DNA of 52,612 nucleotides, from assembly GCA_048938855.1 (NCBI GenBank), contig JBHLLT010000020.1, positions 1-52,612 on the forward strand, in the 5' to 3' direction. The notes under the pieces were generated by a model that saw only the letters and a list, made by a program, of their open reading frames with translations, searched no databases and was not told the DNA's origin. The position numbers and the translations under genes were made by a program. This document shows positions 30,039 through 39,504 of the stretch, piece after piece; position 1 is the first letter of the stretch; each line of letters begins with the position of its first letter. The DNA comes from Promethearchaeota archaeon. GTDB taxonomy: Archaea; Asgardarchaeota; Lokiarchaeia; Sigyniarchaeales; SOKP01.

Positions 30039-31754
30039 ATGACGGAAATTTTAGGATCATTTAATTTAGTTCTTCATTCTCACCTACCTTGGGTATTGGG
30101 TCACGGTGTATGGCCGCATGGAATGGATTGGGTTAATGAAGCGGCTGCAGAGACATATATCCCCCTTTTAATGGAATTGTACAAACTTGTAGATGATGGA
30201 TACCATCCAAAGCTAACTATAGGCCTCACACCAATATTATGTGAAATGCTCCGTCACCCAAGATTTACTGAAGGATTTATGGGATATTTGGAAGAAAAAT
30301 ATAATGCTGCTTTACATGATTTTGAGGATTTTACAGAAAATAAATATACTGATGGGAGAATTAAGCTAACAAAGTGGTGGCAGGAGTTTTATGAACGAGT
30401 TAGAGATAATTTTTTAAATAGCTACAATAAGGATATTGTAGGCGCTTTTGGAAAATTACAAGATATGGGACTTGTTGACATTATTACATGTGGAGCAACT
30501 CATGGATATGCTCCATTACTCTCAAAAGAAACATCAATAGATGCCCAATTTAAGACTGCAGTTGATAATTATAAACGTCATTTTGGGAGATCTCCTACAG
30601 GTGTATGGTTACCTGAATGTGCGTATCGTCCAGGATATCGTTGGAAAAACCCTATAACTGGAGAAGAATATGATCGCCCTGGTGTTGAATATTTTCTCGC
30701 AAAAAATGGATTGAAGTATTTTTTTATAGATACTACTTTACTTCTAGGGGGAAAATCTCAAGGAGTTTATGCTGCTAGGTTTCCTTTGCTGGCAGAACTT
30801 TGGAAACAATTTGAATCTCAATATGAAGAAATACCTACTTCTTTTGAAAAATCCCAGTATGAACCTTATTTAGTATCTACCGATCCTAGTACTCCTGGGC
30901 CTGTTGGATTTTTTACTAGGGATGAAAAAACAGGAATAGTTGTGTGGAGTGGAGAACATGGATATCCTGGTTGTGCGGAGTATTTAGATTTTCATAAGAA
31001 GCACTATCCCGGCGGCCTACGTTACTGGAAAGTAACAGAAGCAAAACTAGATTTAGGAAAAAAAATGCTATATTGGCCAGATGATGTACCTGGTAAATTA
31101 GATGAAAATGCAGGTCATTATCTTAATCTTATTAAAGATATTTTAAGGGATTATAAAAATAAAAATGGAACAAGAGGCATTGTTGTAGCTCCTTATGATG
31201 CAGAATTATTTGGACATTGGTGGTTTGAAGGCAATTGGTGGTTAGCAAGAGTTCTTCGATGGGTAGAAGATGATCCAGAAGTAGAATTAACGAATTCTCG
31301 AATATACTTAGAAGCTAATCCTCCTAATAAGGTAGTTAGCGTGATAGAAGGCTCTTGGGGTCAAGCAAGCTCTCATTGGGTGTGGTTTAACGAGTGGACG
31401 ACCTGGACATGGGAAAGAATATACGAATGTGAAGCGAAGAGCGAAAATATCATAGCAAAATATAAAGATTCTAATGATCCCAATTTACAGAAAATTCTGA
31501 AACAAATGGCAAGGGAGCTATTATTATTAGAAAGTAGTGATTGGCAATTTCTAATAACAACTTGGTCAGCTAGGGATTATGCCGAAAATAGAATTGCGTT
31601 GCATTATGAAAACTTTAACAGGTTGTTTAATATGGCAAATATGTATGCATCAGGACAAAATGTTGAAGAGGGTGAATGGCGCTTTTTAGGAACAATGGAA
31701 TCTGTAGATGATATCTTTAAGGCAATAGACCTTGAACCCTTCGCTAAAAAGTAA
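30039..31754 (+). CDS. GH57 1,4-alpha-glucan branching enzyme
   Basis: HSHLPWV, ETYIPLL, THGY.PL, WLPECAY (nucleophile), YDAELFGHWWFEG (acid/base) and RELLLLESSDWQF. Confidence 0.93.
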   Translation: MTEILGSFNLVLHSHLPWVLGHGVWPHGMDWVNEAAAETYIPLLMELYKLVDDGYHPKLTIGLTPILCEMLRHPRFTEGFMGYLEEKYNAALHDFEDFTENKYTDGRIKLTKWWQEFYERVRDNFLNSYNKDIVGAFGKLQDMGLVDIITCGATHGYAPLLSKETSIDAQFKTAVDNYKRHFGRSPTGVWLPECAYRPGYRWKNPITGEEYDRPGVEYFLAKNGLKYFFIDTTLLLGGKSQGVYAARFPLLAELWKQFESQYEEIPTSFEKSQYEPYLVSTDPSTPGPVGFFTRDEKTGIVVWSGEHGYPGCAEYLDFHKKHYPGGLRYWKVTEAKLDLGKKMLYWPDDVPGKLDENAGHYLNLIKDILRDYKNKNGTRGIVVAPYDAELFGHWWFEGNWWLARVLRWVEDDPEVELTNSRIYLEANPPNKVVSVIEGSWGQASSHWVWFNEWTTWTWERIYECEAKSENIIAKYKDSNDPNLQKILKQMARELLLLESSDWQFLITTWSARDYAENRIALHYENFNRLFNMANMYASGQNVEEGEWRFLGTMESVDDIFKAIDLEPFAKK

Positions 31755-31909
31755 AGCTTATTTAAATTTAATTTCTAATTAATTGAATTTTTGTTATCCG
31801 CAAAAAAAGTGTAACAATTTTCAAAAAGTGTAAATTTAAATAAAATTTGTGTTATAAGCCATTTAAAAACATAAAAAATTTTGCTTGGTGAAAAATTATA
31901 GCATACATA

Positions 31910-32764
31910 ATGTCTACCGAAACAATTTTTTTGATGATCGCCATCATTATTCCAAGTATATTGATATTCTTTCAGAGGAAATTCAAATTAAAAAGAAAAT
32001 CAATTGGTTTTAAAATATTATTACATATTATGTTATCCACCTCAATTACAATTGCCTGTACTGCCTTTGCCTACAGATTATTTACTGATTCAATTCCTAG
32101 AGTAATACTTATTTTAAGTGCCTTTACTTATGTCGTATTTGCTATTTATTATTTACTTAAAATAATTCAGAAACAGGAATTGAAAATATCTACACTATTA
32201 AAAGATAGTTCGGATGCGTCTGTAAATGTTTCCAATATAGCTACTGAATTAGCGGCAAGCGCGAGTGAAGTGAACGCTGCCTCAGAAGAAATCGCAAGTT
32301 CTACTCAACTTATTACGCAAGAGGCACAAGAGGCTATAAATGCTACCAATAATATAAGGAAAGTTATTGGAGTTGTTACTACTATTGCTGATCAGACTAA
32401 TTTACTAGCTTTAAATGCCAGTATTGAGGCAGGGAGAGCAGGTGAACATGGTAGAGGATTTGCAGTTGTTGCAGATGAGGTCCGAAAATTAGCAGAAGAA
32501 TCAAAAACAGCTGTTCTTGATACTAATAAAGACATTACTGATGTTGTTAATAAAATTAATTCCACATTCACTTCTATGGAAGGAATCAGTGCATCTGCAG
32601 AACAACAAACAGCCTCGATGGAAGAAATTTCAGCAACAGCAAATAGACTTGGAAATTTTGCTGAAGATTTAAAAAATAAACTAACCATTACTAATAAAGA
32701 AAAAACTCAAGTAAAAGAAAAACTCAAAGAAGGAAGGCTTTCAATTAAAAGTCCAAGTTCTTAA
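31910..32764 (+). CDS. Methyl-accepting chemotaxis protein (3 TM, short signalling domain)
   Basis: [40 protein letters not shown] hairpin tip. Confidence 0.93.
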   Translation: MSTETIFLMIAIIIPSILIFFQRKFKLKRKSIGFKILLHIMLSTSITIACTAFAYRLFTDSIPRVILILSAFTYVVFAIYYLLKIIQKQELKISTLLKDSSDASVNVSNIATELAASASEVNAASEEIASSTQLITQEAQEAINATNNIRKVIGVVTTIADQTNLLALNASIEAGRAGEHGRGFAVVADEVRKLAEESKTAVLDTNKDITDVVNKINSTFTSMEGISASAEQQTASMEEISATANRLGNFAEDLKNKLTITNKEKTQVKEKLKEGRLSIKSPSS

Positions 32765-32842
32765 AACATAATTTAATACTATAACTTTTTTATCTTATAC
32801 TGATTTATAAAAATATCAAATTGAGATTTGAGTTTTTTATAA

Positions 32843-33988
32843 ATGCGACCTGTAACTGAAGAAAAGTTTGAAGGTCTCCTCAAATTTCTTGAGGAGAAAC
32901 AGATTGATGTTTTAATGATCATTGACACTGAAAATGCCCGAAATGTTAATTTGCAATATATTTCAGGACATCCAACAGACGCAATCTTGCTAATAACACA
33001 AGAAGGAGAATCTGTTCTTATTCCCGGGGACTACCAATTAGCGAACGAACTTTCGGATGTGGATGAAATCATTGATCTAAGTAATTTTAAATATAATTTT
33101 TATTTAGCTATGAAGGAATTGGTAGATAATAGATGGAAAAAAGCATCGATGATTTTTGGAGTTCATGAAACAACCCCGTATGGAACTATAATTAAAATGA
33201 AAAAAAATATGTCACAAATAAAATTTTTCAATGATCCTATCCAGATCTCCAAACTTCTTCAAGAGCTAAGAGCGACAAAAAGTGATTATGAATTAAATCA
33301 ATTAAGAAAAGCAGCGGATATAGGGAATAAAACAATTAAAGATATTAGAAATTTTTGTGAAAGTGCTACAGATAATACCGAAAAAGACTTGTCATTTCTA
33401 GTGCAAAAAAAAATGGGAGAATATGGGGCTGATGATATTGCTTTTGAATCCTTAGTGGCGAATACCACACGATCTCATGCATTACATTGTTATCCAAATG
33501 CTACTAACCAAAAATTTGTATCACAAGGATTAGCTCTTATTGATTTTGGAGCACAATACCAAGGCTATTGTTCTGATATAACAGTTCCAATAGGTTTTAA
33601 GGAATTATCTGAAGAACAACAGAAAATGCGAGATATTAGTATTAAATCTTACGAAGCTGCCACAGAAATTATAGATATTGGAGTACCTCTTTGGAAAATT
33701 CATGAAGAAGCTGATAATGTGTTAAAAGCAGATGGATATAGCTTACCATATCCAGTGGGACACGGTCTTGGATTAACTGTGCATGATGCGCCAATTATCG
33801 GTAGAAAACCTTCAGATGAATATTCACTAAAGCATTGGAAGGAAGAATTAATACAAGATGGGATGGTATTTACTATTGAGCCTGGAATTTATAAACAAGG
33901 ATTAGGAGGAGTAAGATTGGAAAATGATGTACTTATAGCAGATGGAAAAGTTGAAATAATAACAAAATCAGAATTTATGCAAATCTGA
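32843..33988 (+). CDS. Xaa-Pro aminopeptidase/prolidase (M24B)
   Basis: LRATKS..E, IDFGA...GYCSDIT, GHGLGL.VHD, TIEPGIY and GVRLEND. Confidence 0.92.
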   Translation: MRPVTEEKFEGLLKFLEEKQIDVLMIIDTENARNVNLQYISGHPTDAILLITQEGESVLIPGDYQLANELSDVDEIIDLSNFKYNFYLAMKELVDNRWKKASMIFGVHETTPYGTIIKMKKNMSQIKFFNDPIQISKLLQELRATKSDYELNQLRKAADIGNKTIKDIRNFCESATDNTEKDLSFLVQKKMGEYGADDIAFESLVANTTRSHALHCYPNATNQKFVSQGLALIDFGAQYQGYCSDITVPIGFKELSEEQQKMRDISIKSYEAATEIIDIGVPLWKIHEEADNVLKADGYSLPYPVGHGLGLTVHDAPIIGRKPSDEYSLKHWKEELIQDGMVFTIEPGIYKQGLGGVRLENDVLIADGKVEIITKSEFMQI

Positions 33989-34115
33989 TTATATGATTTG
34001 TAATCCTTATAAATCGTTGTTTTTTCTATTCCAGTCACAAGAGTACTTTCTTTAATTTTCGATTTAAAATATGAATAGAGTGTCTTTTAAAATGGGATAT
34101 CTTGATAATATCTTA

Positions 34116-35264
34116 TTACATTTCCGTCCCATGTTCAATAGTTCTATCTCTTATTTGAGCGTTACTGCTAATTTTACAATGAGGTGCAATGATAGCTCGC
34201 TCCAAAATCACATTTTCTCCAATCTCACAGTTATTACAGACTATACTTTCTGTAATAATACACCCAGCACCAATTTTTATTTCATCCCATATTACGCTCT
34301 TTTCTATTATTGTGTCTTCCCCGATTGTTACATTATTACCAATAGAGGTTAATTCTTTAATCTTTACCCGATTTGCCAACTGAACAAATTCACCAAAACA
34401 AGCAGGTTTTTCGATTATAATATTCTGTCCTGAATTTATTATCCCCATAACAAATACATCATCATATTCCACTCCATTTGGTAAAATTGGCCAAGCATAC
34501 TTACGTAAAAGATCCCAATTAGCCCATAAATAAGTAGTAGAGTTTCCTGCGTCCATCCAATAATAATTTTCCACAAACCCATATAGATTATATTTATTTT
34601 CAAGTAAATATGGAAAAACTTCACCACCAAAATCCATTAAACCTGTTTCGTGTAATATATCACCAATCTCGTTTTTAAAACAATAAATGCCAGTATTAGC
34701 TACATTTGTATGTAAAAAAAGATCCTCTCTTTGAGACATGCTACTTAAATATAATTCCATAGGAGCAGGCTTTTCTAAAAAAAGGTATATTTTCCTATTT
34801 TTGTCTAGTAGCACTACACCATATTGAGAAATATGACTATCGACAGTCTTCATAGAAATTGTTGCTATTCCCCCTTTTTCAGAATGAAAATCCATAAAAC
34901 GTTTCATAGGGAGGTTGGTTACTATATCTGCCATTGATACTACAATTTTCTCTGAATCAATTTGATCTGTTAGAAGCCTATATGCATCTGCAGTACCTCT
35001 ACTGTCTTGAATTTCACATTCTAGTTCAACATCTCCCAGTTTATCTTCCGTCCACGTTTTATTGATGTAATCTTTTAATTCTTTACCCATGTGTGCTAAT
35101 GCTAAAATAATATGCTTTATATCAGCATATATTAGATGTGCTATTGCATAATCAACCATAGGAACGTTTGTAACCTTAACTAGAGGTTTTGGTACAATTG
35201 AAGTTAAAGGCATTAACCGTTTGCCCTGACCACCCGCTAGGACTATAGCAGCCCACTCTCTCAA
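34116..35264 (-). CDS. NDP-sugar pyrophosphorylase (mannose-1-P guanylyltransferase/GlgC-like) with a left-handed beta-helix
   Basis: LAGGQGKRLMPLT...PKPL, GTAD, YGVV, FLEKP, NTGIY and YWMDAG, plus C-terminal hexapeptide repeats. GAGGT lies 7 nt before the TTG start. Confidence 0.9.
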   Translation of the reverse strand: MREWAAIVLAGGQGKRLMPLTSIVPKPLVKVTNVPMVDYAIAHLIYADIKHIILALAHMGKELKDYINKTWTEDKLGDVELECEIQDSRGTADAYRLLTDQIDSEKIVVSMADIVTNLPMKRFMDFHSEKGGIATISMKTVDSHISQYGVVLLDKNRKIYLFLEKPAPMELYLSSMSQREDLFLHTNVANTGIYCFKNEIGDILHETGLMDFGGEVFPYLLENKYNLYGFVENYYWMDAGNSTTYLWANWDLLRKYAWPILPNGVEYDDVFVMGIINSGQNIIIEKPACFGEFVQLANRVKIKELTSIGNNVTIGEDTIIEKSVIWDEIKIGAGCIITESIVCNNCEIGENVILERAIIAPHCKISSNAQIRDRTIEHGTEM

Positions 35265-35366
35265 TATTGGTACCTCAAGATAACTTTCAAATATGTAACA
35301 TATTTTATAGATATAAATCTAATTCAATTTGAATTATAAAGATTTTCAATATAAAAATAATAATGC

Positions 35367-36641
35367 TTATTCAAGGTATTTCTTTAAAGAATTTCTAATT
35401 TCTTCTGCAGCAATGTGAGGTAATTTTCTCGCGACTCGCATATCATCAGCCATTTCAGCTCCTCCTATAACTTCATGTGGAATAATATCTGCAAACATAT
35501 GAAAGTCAGCATCATAACCGTATGGACAGCAATTAAATAGAATATTACGATTCTTATCTATCTCAATGTCATCTAATGCTTGAAAAATTATCCTTAAGCA
35601 TTTTGCTAGATCATTAATTTGATTAACTTTAAGTTGGGAAAACCTCCTCAAGTGTTCATTAGGATGAAACCGAATATGATAATTTCTTACGGGACTTCCT
35701 GTATTATAAAAAGTCCAGAATTCAGTTTCTAATATAATTCTATCTGTTCCTCCATGACTAGTCTGACACAAATGACAATTATTCCCCATCTCTTTAAATG
35801 CTTCGAGATATCCTTCTAATCTACTGCCATGACCATCCATATTTAAATCTATATAGACTTGACTATGTAACCTCGGTTGAGATCCTCCAACTTTAGTTCC
35901 AATATTAAAAAAAGGCATTACCGGAATATCATAATAATCTCTATTAATAGCTTCTTCAATACAATAAAGAATCGCCGTTCTCATTGAAAGAAAAACTCCT
36001 GATAATACTTCCTCTGGGATCAAATTAAAGCATAATGAGGGATAAAAATCTCGGGAAACAGTCACTAAATTAATTCCTTTAGACAGTTTCAAATGTGGAG
36101 GTAATTTTTGTGAAATATATGTTTCAATATCAGAATCAATAACTCTCGCCATTGAGGGATATCGATTTATCAGGGTTATTGCTTTGGTTTTGTCAGGTAA
36201 TCTCTCAATCCGATGTGGCGATCCTGAAAAGGGATCATCTCGTCTGTTTTCATCTTGAGTGATAATTATAGTAAATCCATCTCCTAAAGCCAACCCCCAA
36301 TCATCATGCACTACTTGCCCTTCTATTACTGATGAAAATACATCCCTATATTTACCAACTATTTTTTTTGAGCAGTCATATAATTGCTTTTTATCTTCTG
36401 ATGCCTTAAATCCTTTAGGTCGTTTTCCTCTAATTGGAGATATATAAGAATAATGTCCATAATATCTTTTCTGTTTTCTTAAACCAAAACCTTCAGTATG
36501 TATACTTACCGTTGACAAAGGGTCCCATCTTTTAATTGGAACATCATAAGTCGTCTTGCCTTCAAAATTTTCTTTATTAATAATACCCCATTCCATGAAT
36601 TCTGCGTCGTAATGATTAGAGCCTTTTTCCTTGTCAGAAAT
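35367..36641 (-). CDS. GalT-like (HIT superfamily) nucleotidyltransferase; start probably ATT 36641
   Basis: RWDPL, INRYP, FFNIG..VGGSQPRLHSQ (variant of HPHxQ), CHLC, FH and GGAE. The frame is open 15 codons above ATG 36596. Confidence 0.75.
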   Translation of the reverse strand: MSDKEKGSNHYDAEFMEWGIINKENFEGKTTYDVPIKRWDPLSTVSIHTEGFGLRKQKRYYGHYSYISPIRGKRPKGFKASEDKKQLYDCSKKIVGKYRDVFSSVIEGQVVHDDWGLALGDGFTIIITQDENRRDDPFSGSPHRIERLPDKTKAITLINRYPSMARVIDSDIETYISQKLPPHLKLSKGINLVTVSRDFYPSLCFNLIPEEVLSGVFLSMRTAILYCIEEAINRDYYDIPVMPFFNIGTKVGGSQPRLHSQVYIDLNMDGHGSRLEGYLEAFKEMGNNCHLCQTSHGGTDRIILETEFWTFYNTGSPVRNYHIRFHPNEHLRRFSQLKVNQINDLAKCLRIIFQALDDIEIDKNRNILFNCCPYGYDADFHMFADIIPHEVIGGAEMADDMRVARKLPHIAAEEIRNSLKKYLE

Positions 36642-36841
36642 ATCAATTACCTCTTTTTATTTCTATTTTTTATCTTATAAATATTATTTTAATGGTATTT
36701 AATCTTTACCGAAGATTCTAATTTGAACTTGAATTTTTTTTTCTAAAAAAGATTTCTAAAAGCGCCTCTTATTTGCCCATAATAAGTCTATATGTTCAAT
36801 CGTGAATATAAATTAATTATAAATTATAAATTTATAAACTC

Positions 36842-37432
36842 GTGATGAATACTATGGTTATGCGCAAGGATAAAAAAGAGTTGTCCCCAGAACAACGTGA
36901 AGAACTAATCAGAATATTAAAGACCCGTTTTGAGAAAAATATGAACCGACATAAAAGTCTTGAATGGGATAAAGTACAAGTAAGGCTAGAAGCTAATACT
37001 GAAAAACTGTGGTCACTTAATGAAATGGAGAGAACTGGCGGTGAACCAGATGTTGGTGGTTATAATAAAAAGACGGATGAATATATTTTTTATGATTGTT
37101 CAGCGGAAAGCCCTAAAGGTCGCAGAAATGTGTGTTACGACCGTGAAGGGCAGGAGGCGAGGGAAAAGAAAGGGGTACATCCAGAAGGAAACGCTATTGA
37201 TATGGCAGTCGCCATGGGTATTGAGCTGTTAACGGAAGAACAATATCGAGAGTTGCAGAAGCTTGGAAATTTTGATATGAAAACATCGAGCTGGGTGAAA
37301 ACACCTTCTGATATTAGAAAACTCGGTGGCGCCATCTTTGCTGATCGCCGCTACGACCATGTTTTCGTGTATCATAATAGTGCACCCTCTTTCTATAGCG
37401 CTAGGGGATTCCGTGGCTCGCTAAGGGTCTAA
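36842..37432 (+). CDS. DUF4256-family protein (bacterial type)
   Basis: MERTGGEPDV, DCSAESPKGRR..CYD, LLTEEQYR.LQ, KTSSW, RRYDHVFVYHN and ARGFRG. The start may be one of the later ATGs. Confidence 0.85.
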   Translation: MMNTMVMRKDKKELSPEQREELIRILKTRFEKNMNRHKSLEWDKVQVRLEANTEKLWSLNEMERTGGEPDVGGYNKKTDEYIFYDCSAESPKGRRNVCYDREGQEAREKKGVHPEGNAIDMAVAMGIELLTEEQYRELQKLGNFDMKTSSWVKTPSDIRKLGGAIFADRRYDHVFVYHNSAPSFYSARGFRGSLRV

Positions 37433-37543
37433 ATTTGGACTTCACATTTTAAACTCCATAATTTTAAAAAAAAAAGAAAAAAAAGTAAAAAAAATTTCCA
37501 CTCCAATTTTAATTCATATCTAATCGTGATAATATAAAAAAAT

Positions 37544-37834
37544 TTAATACTCTAATCGTTTGATTATCTTGTAAGTTTTAAATTCTCTCACTGGTTCCTT
37601 ATCTTCGTTCAGTTTCTCAACAGGCACTCGAACAAAGTTCTCATCATCAAATTCTTCAATGTCAGCTTCCTTGTATTTAGCTAAATTAGTAGCTAGTTTT
37701 AATTCTCGTAATAAAAAATCTCTTACGGCAACTCTAATTAACTCAGATCTAGATGGATAAAGCCCATCTTCACCCACTAATTTTTCTATACTATCGAGAT
37801 AGGATTCAGGAATATTAACAGTTACTATTTTCAT
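37544..37834 (-). CDS. Ribbon-helix-helix (CopG/Arc/MetJ) transcription regulator
   Basis: MKIVTVNIPESYLDSIEKLV...YPSRSELIRVAVRDFL. Confidence 0.88.
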   Translation of the reverse strand: MKIVTVNIPESYLDSIEKLVGEDGLYPSRSELIRVAVRDFLLRELKLATNLAKYKEADIEEFDDENFVRVPVEKLNEDKEPVREFKTYKIIKRLEY

Positions 37835-38333
37835 TTTATGCACACAACCCACAAAATTTTATGATAAATATGATTAATTCAAAAATCGGCAAAGTGACTA
37901 AAGCTATTTTACTACTATCGCCTTTAACCGCAAATTTTTTTATAAGTTATTTTATTACACATTAATATATAAATGTTTTTTTTTATCGGATTAACATATT
38001 TAAAGTAATACTTATTTGTCATGTCTTAAATACTCCAGATCATATATTAATGCATTAATTTTTAAAATGTCTCTATACTCCTCAAATTTAAAGTCAGTTT
38101 TAGAGTTTTTATTATTATATAAAGCTGTGTGAACAGACATATATTATATCCTATTAAAACCTGAATGAAAATATAAAAAAATTATATAAAATGCAAATCC
38201 TTTTACTTATTTAAATAATATTATACAAATTTTCAATTTAAATAGTAATTTGTTTGATTAAATTCAGTATATAAATTACTTTCCAGCAAGTTAGTCGTGA
38301 CTTTTTAGTTGGATTTATTCTAATTCAATTCTA

Positions 38334-39401
38334 CTAATATTCTTCCTCTAAATTTACTACATTAATAAAATCTTGACGTCCTTGAGCCATTCGAGAAATA
38401 TTCTCAATTACTTCGTTCCACCTCAGCAGATCATTAAAAGGAGAATAACCTCTATGTGGTGATAAAACAATATTATCAAGAGTATGGAATGGAAAATTAA
38501 AGGGAAATTTTCTTCCCTCTTCATCGCTTTCTGGACTATAATTATACCAAACATCAATAGCTGCTCCGAGTATATAATTTTCTTTTAAAGCGATGAATAG
38601 ACTTTCCTCATCAATAATGTCACCTCTACTCACATTTACTACCAATCCATTTGGTCCCAATTTTTCCAATTCTTTTTTTCCAATTAAATTTCTTGTCAAT
38701 GTCGTTACTGGTACAGCAATTATGAGAATATCAATCTCTTTAAGGAAGTCATTAAGCTGAGAAAAATCATATTTTGTGATTTTTGTGGGAAGTGGTTTAA
38801 TTAATTTTTTCCAATGTTTTCTTAAAATAGAAAAATCGATATCAAAACCACTTAAAAAACGATGAACTTTTTGATTTATAGCTCCATATCCAAGTAGTCC
38901 TACATTTTTAAACCTTAATGGAATTGATACAGCATCTTCATCTCCCGTTCTCCATTTCCCTTGTTGCATCCATGTATGATGAGGAATAATTTTATTCATC
39001 AACGCCAACAATAGTGCAACTGTGTGTTGAGCTACAAAATAAGAATTTCCATGGCCATTAATCAATAAAAGTTTTCTTTCTTTGTTAATCTCCTTGAATA
39101 GCGACAAAAGATGATGGATCCCAGCACCGGGGTTAATGAATAATTTTGCTTTTTTAGCATTTTTTAAAATTGTTTTGGAAGGACGCCAACCAATCAATAT
39201 ATCTGCTGTCGGAACTATTTTCAATAATTCTCCTTCTGAAGAATTCTTTCGATATAATAACTTCACATTTTCATATTTTTTTAATTGTTCAATTAGATAT
39301 TCTTCTATATTTTCTGGGATTGACGATGTAAAACATACGATGCATTTCTTATCTACAACACTCATATTTCTAGATTTCATAAAATTAGTATATTTAAACA
39401 C
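38334..39401 (-). CDS. D-isomer-specific 2-hydroxyacid dehydrogenase
   Basis: VAQH, GLLGYGAI, VPVT..T..LI, VNVSRG, AAIDVW and LSPH. The true start is probably ATG 39365 or 39380. Confidence 0.88.
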   Translation of the reverse strand: MFKYTNFMKSRNMSVVDKKCIVCFTSSIPENIEEYLIEQLKKYENVKLLYRKNSSEGELLKIVPTADILIGWRPSKTILKNAKKAKLFINPGAGIHHLLSLFKEINKERKLLLINGHGNSYFVAQHTVALLLALMNKIIPHHTWMQQGKWRTGDEDAVSIPLRFKNVGLLGYGAINQKVHRFLSGFDIDFSILRKHWKKLIKPLPTKITKYDFSQLNDFLKEIDILIIAVPVTTLTRNLIGKKELEKLGPNGLVVNVSRGDIIDEESLFIALKENYILGAAIDVWYNYSPESDEEGRKFPFNFPFHTLDNIVLSPHRGYSPFNDLLRWNEVIENISRMAQGRQDFINVVNLEEEY

Positions 39402-39504
39402 TCACTCTTTATTTCCTATATATTATGCTTAATTCAAATAAATTTTTATATCCATACCGTTATATTTTATTCAAAATGATTAACCCAAAAAAAAGGGAAA
39501 GAAA

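Noticed and set aside
10235-33988. Selenocysteine readthrough at TGA stops (10237, 12286, 21917, 24839, 27245, 33988)
   Set aside because: Each TGA falls at or beyond the expected family C-terminus, none aligns with a conserved Cys, and I recognised no SECIS-like element.
37464-37494. Long A-tracts as a repeat element
   Set aside because: Best explained as the T-rich terminator of the minus-strand RHH gene in a convergent gap.
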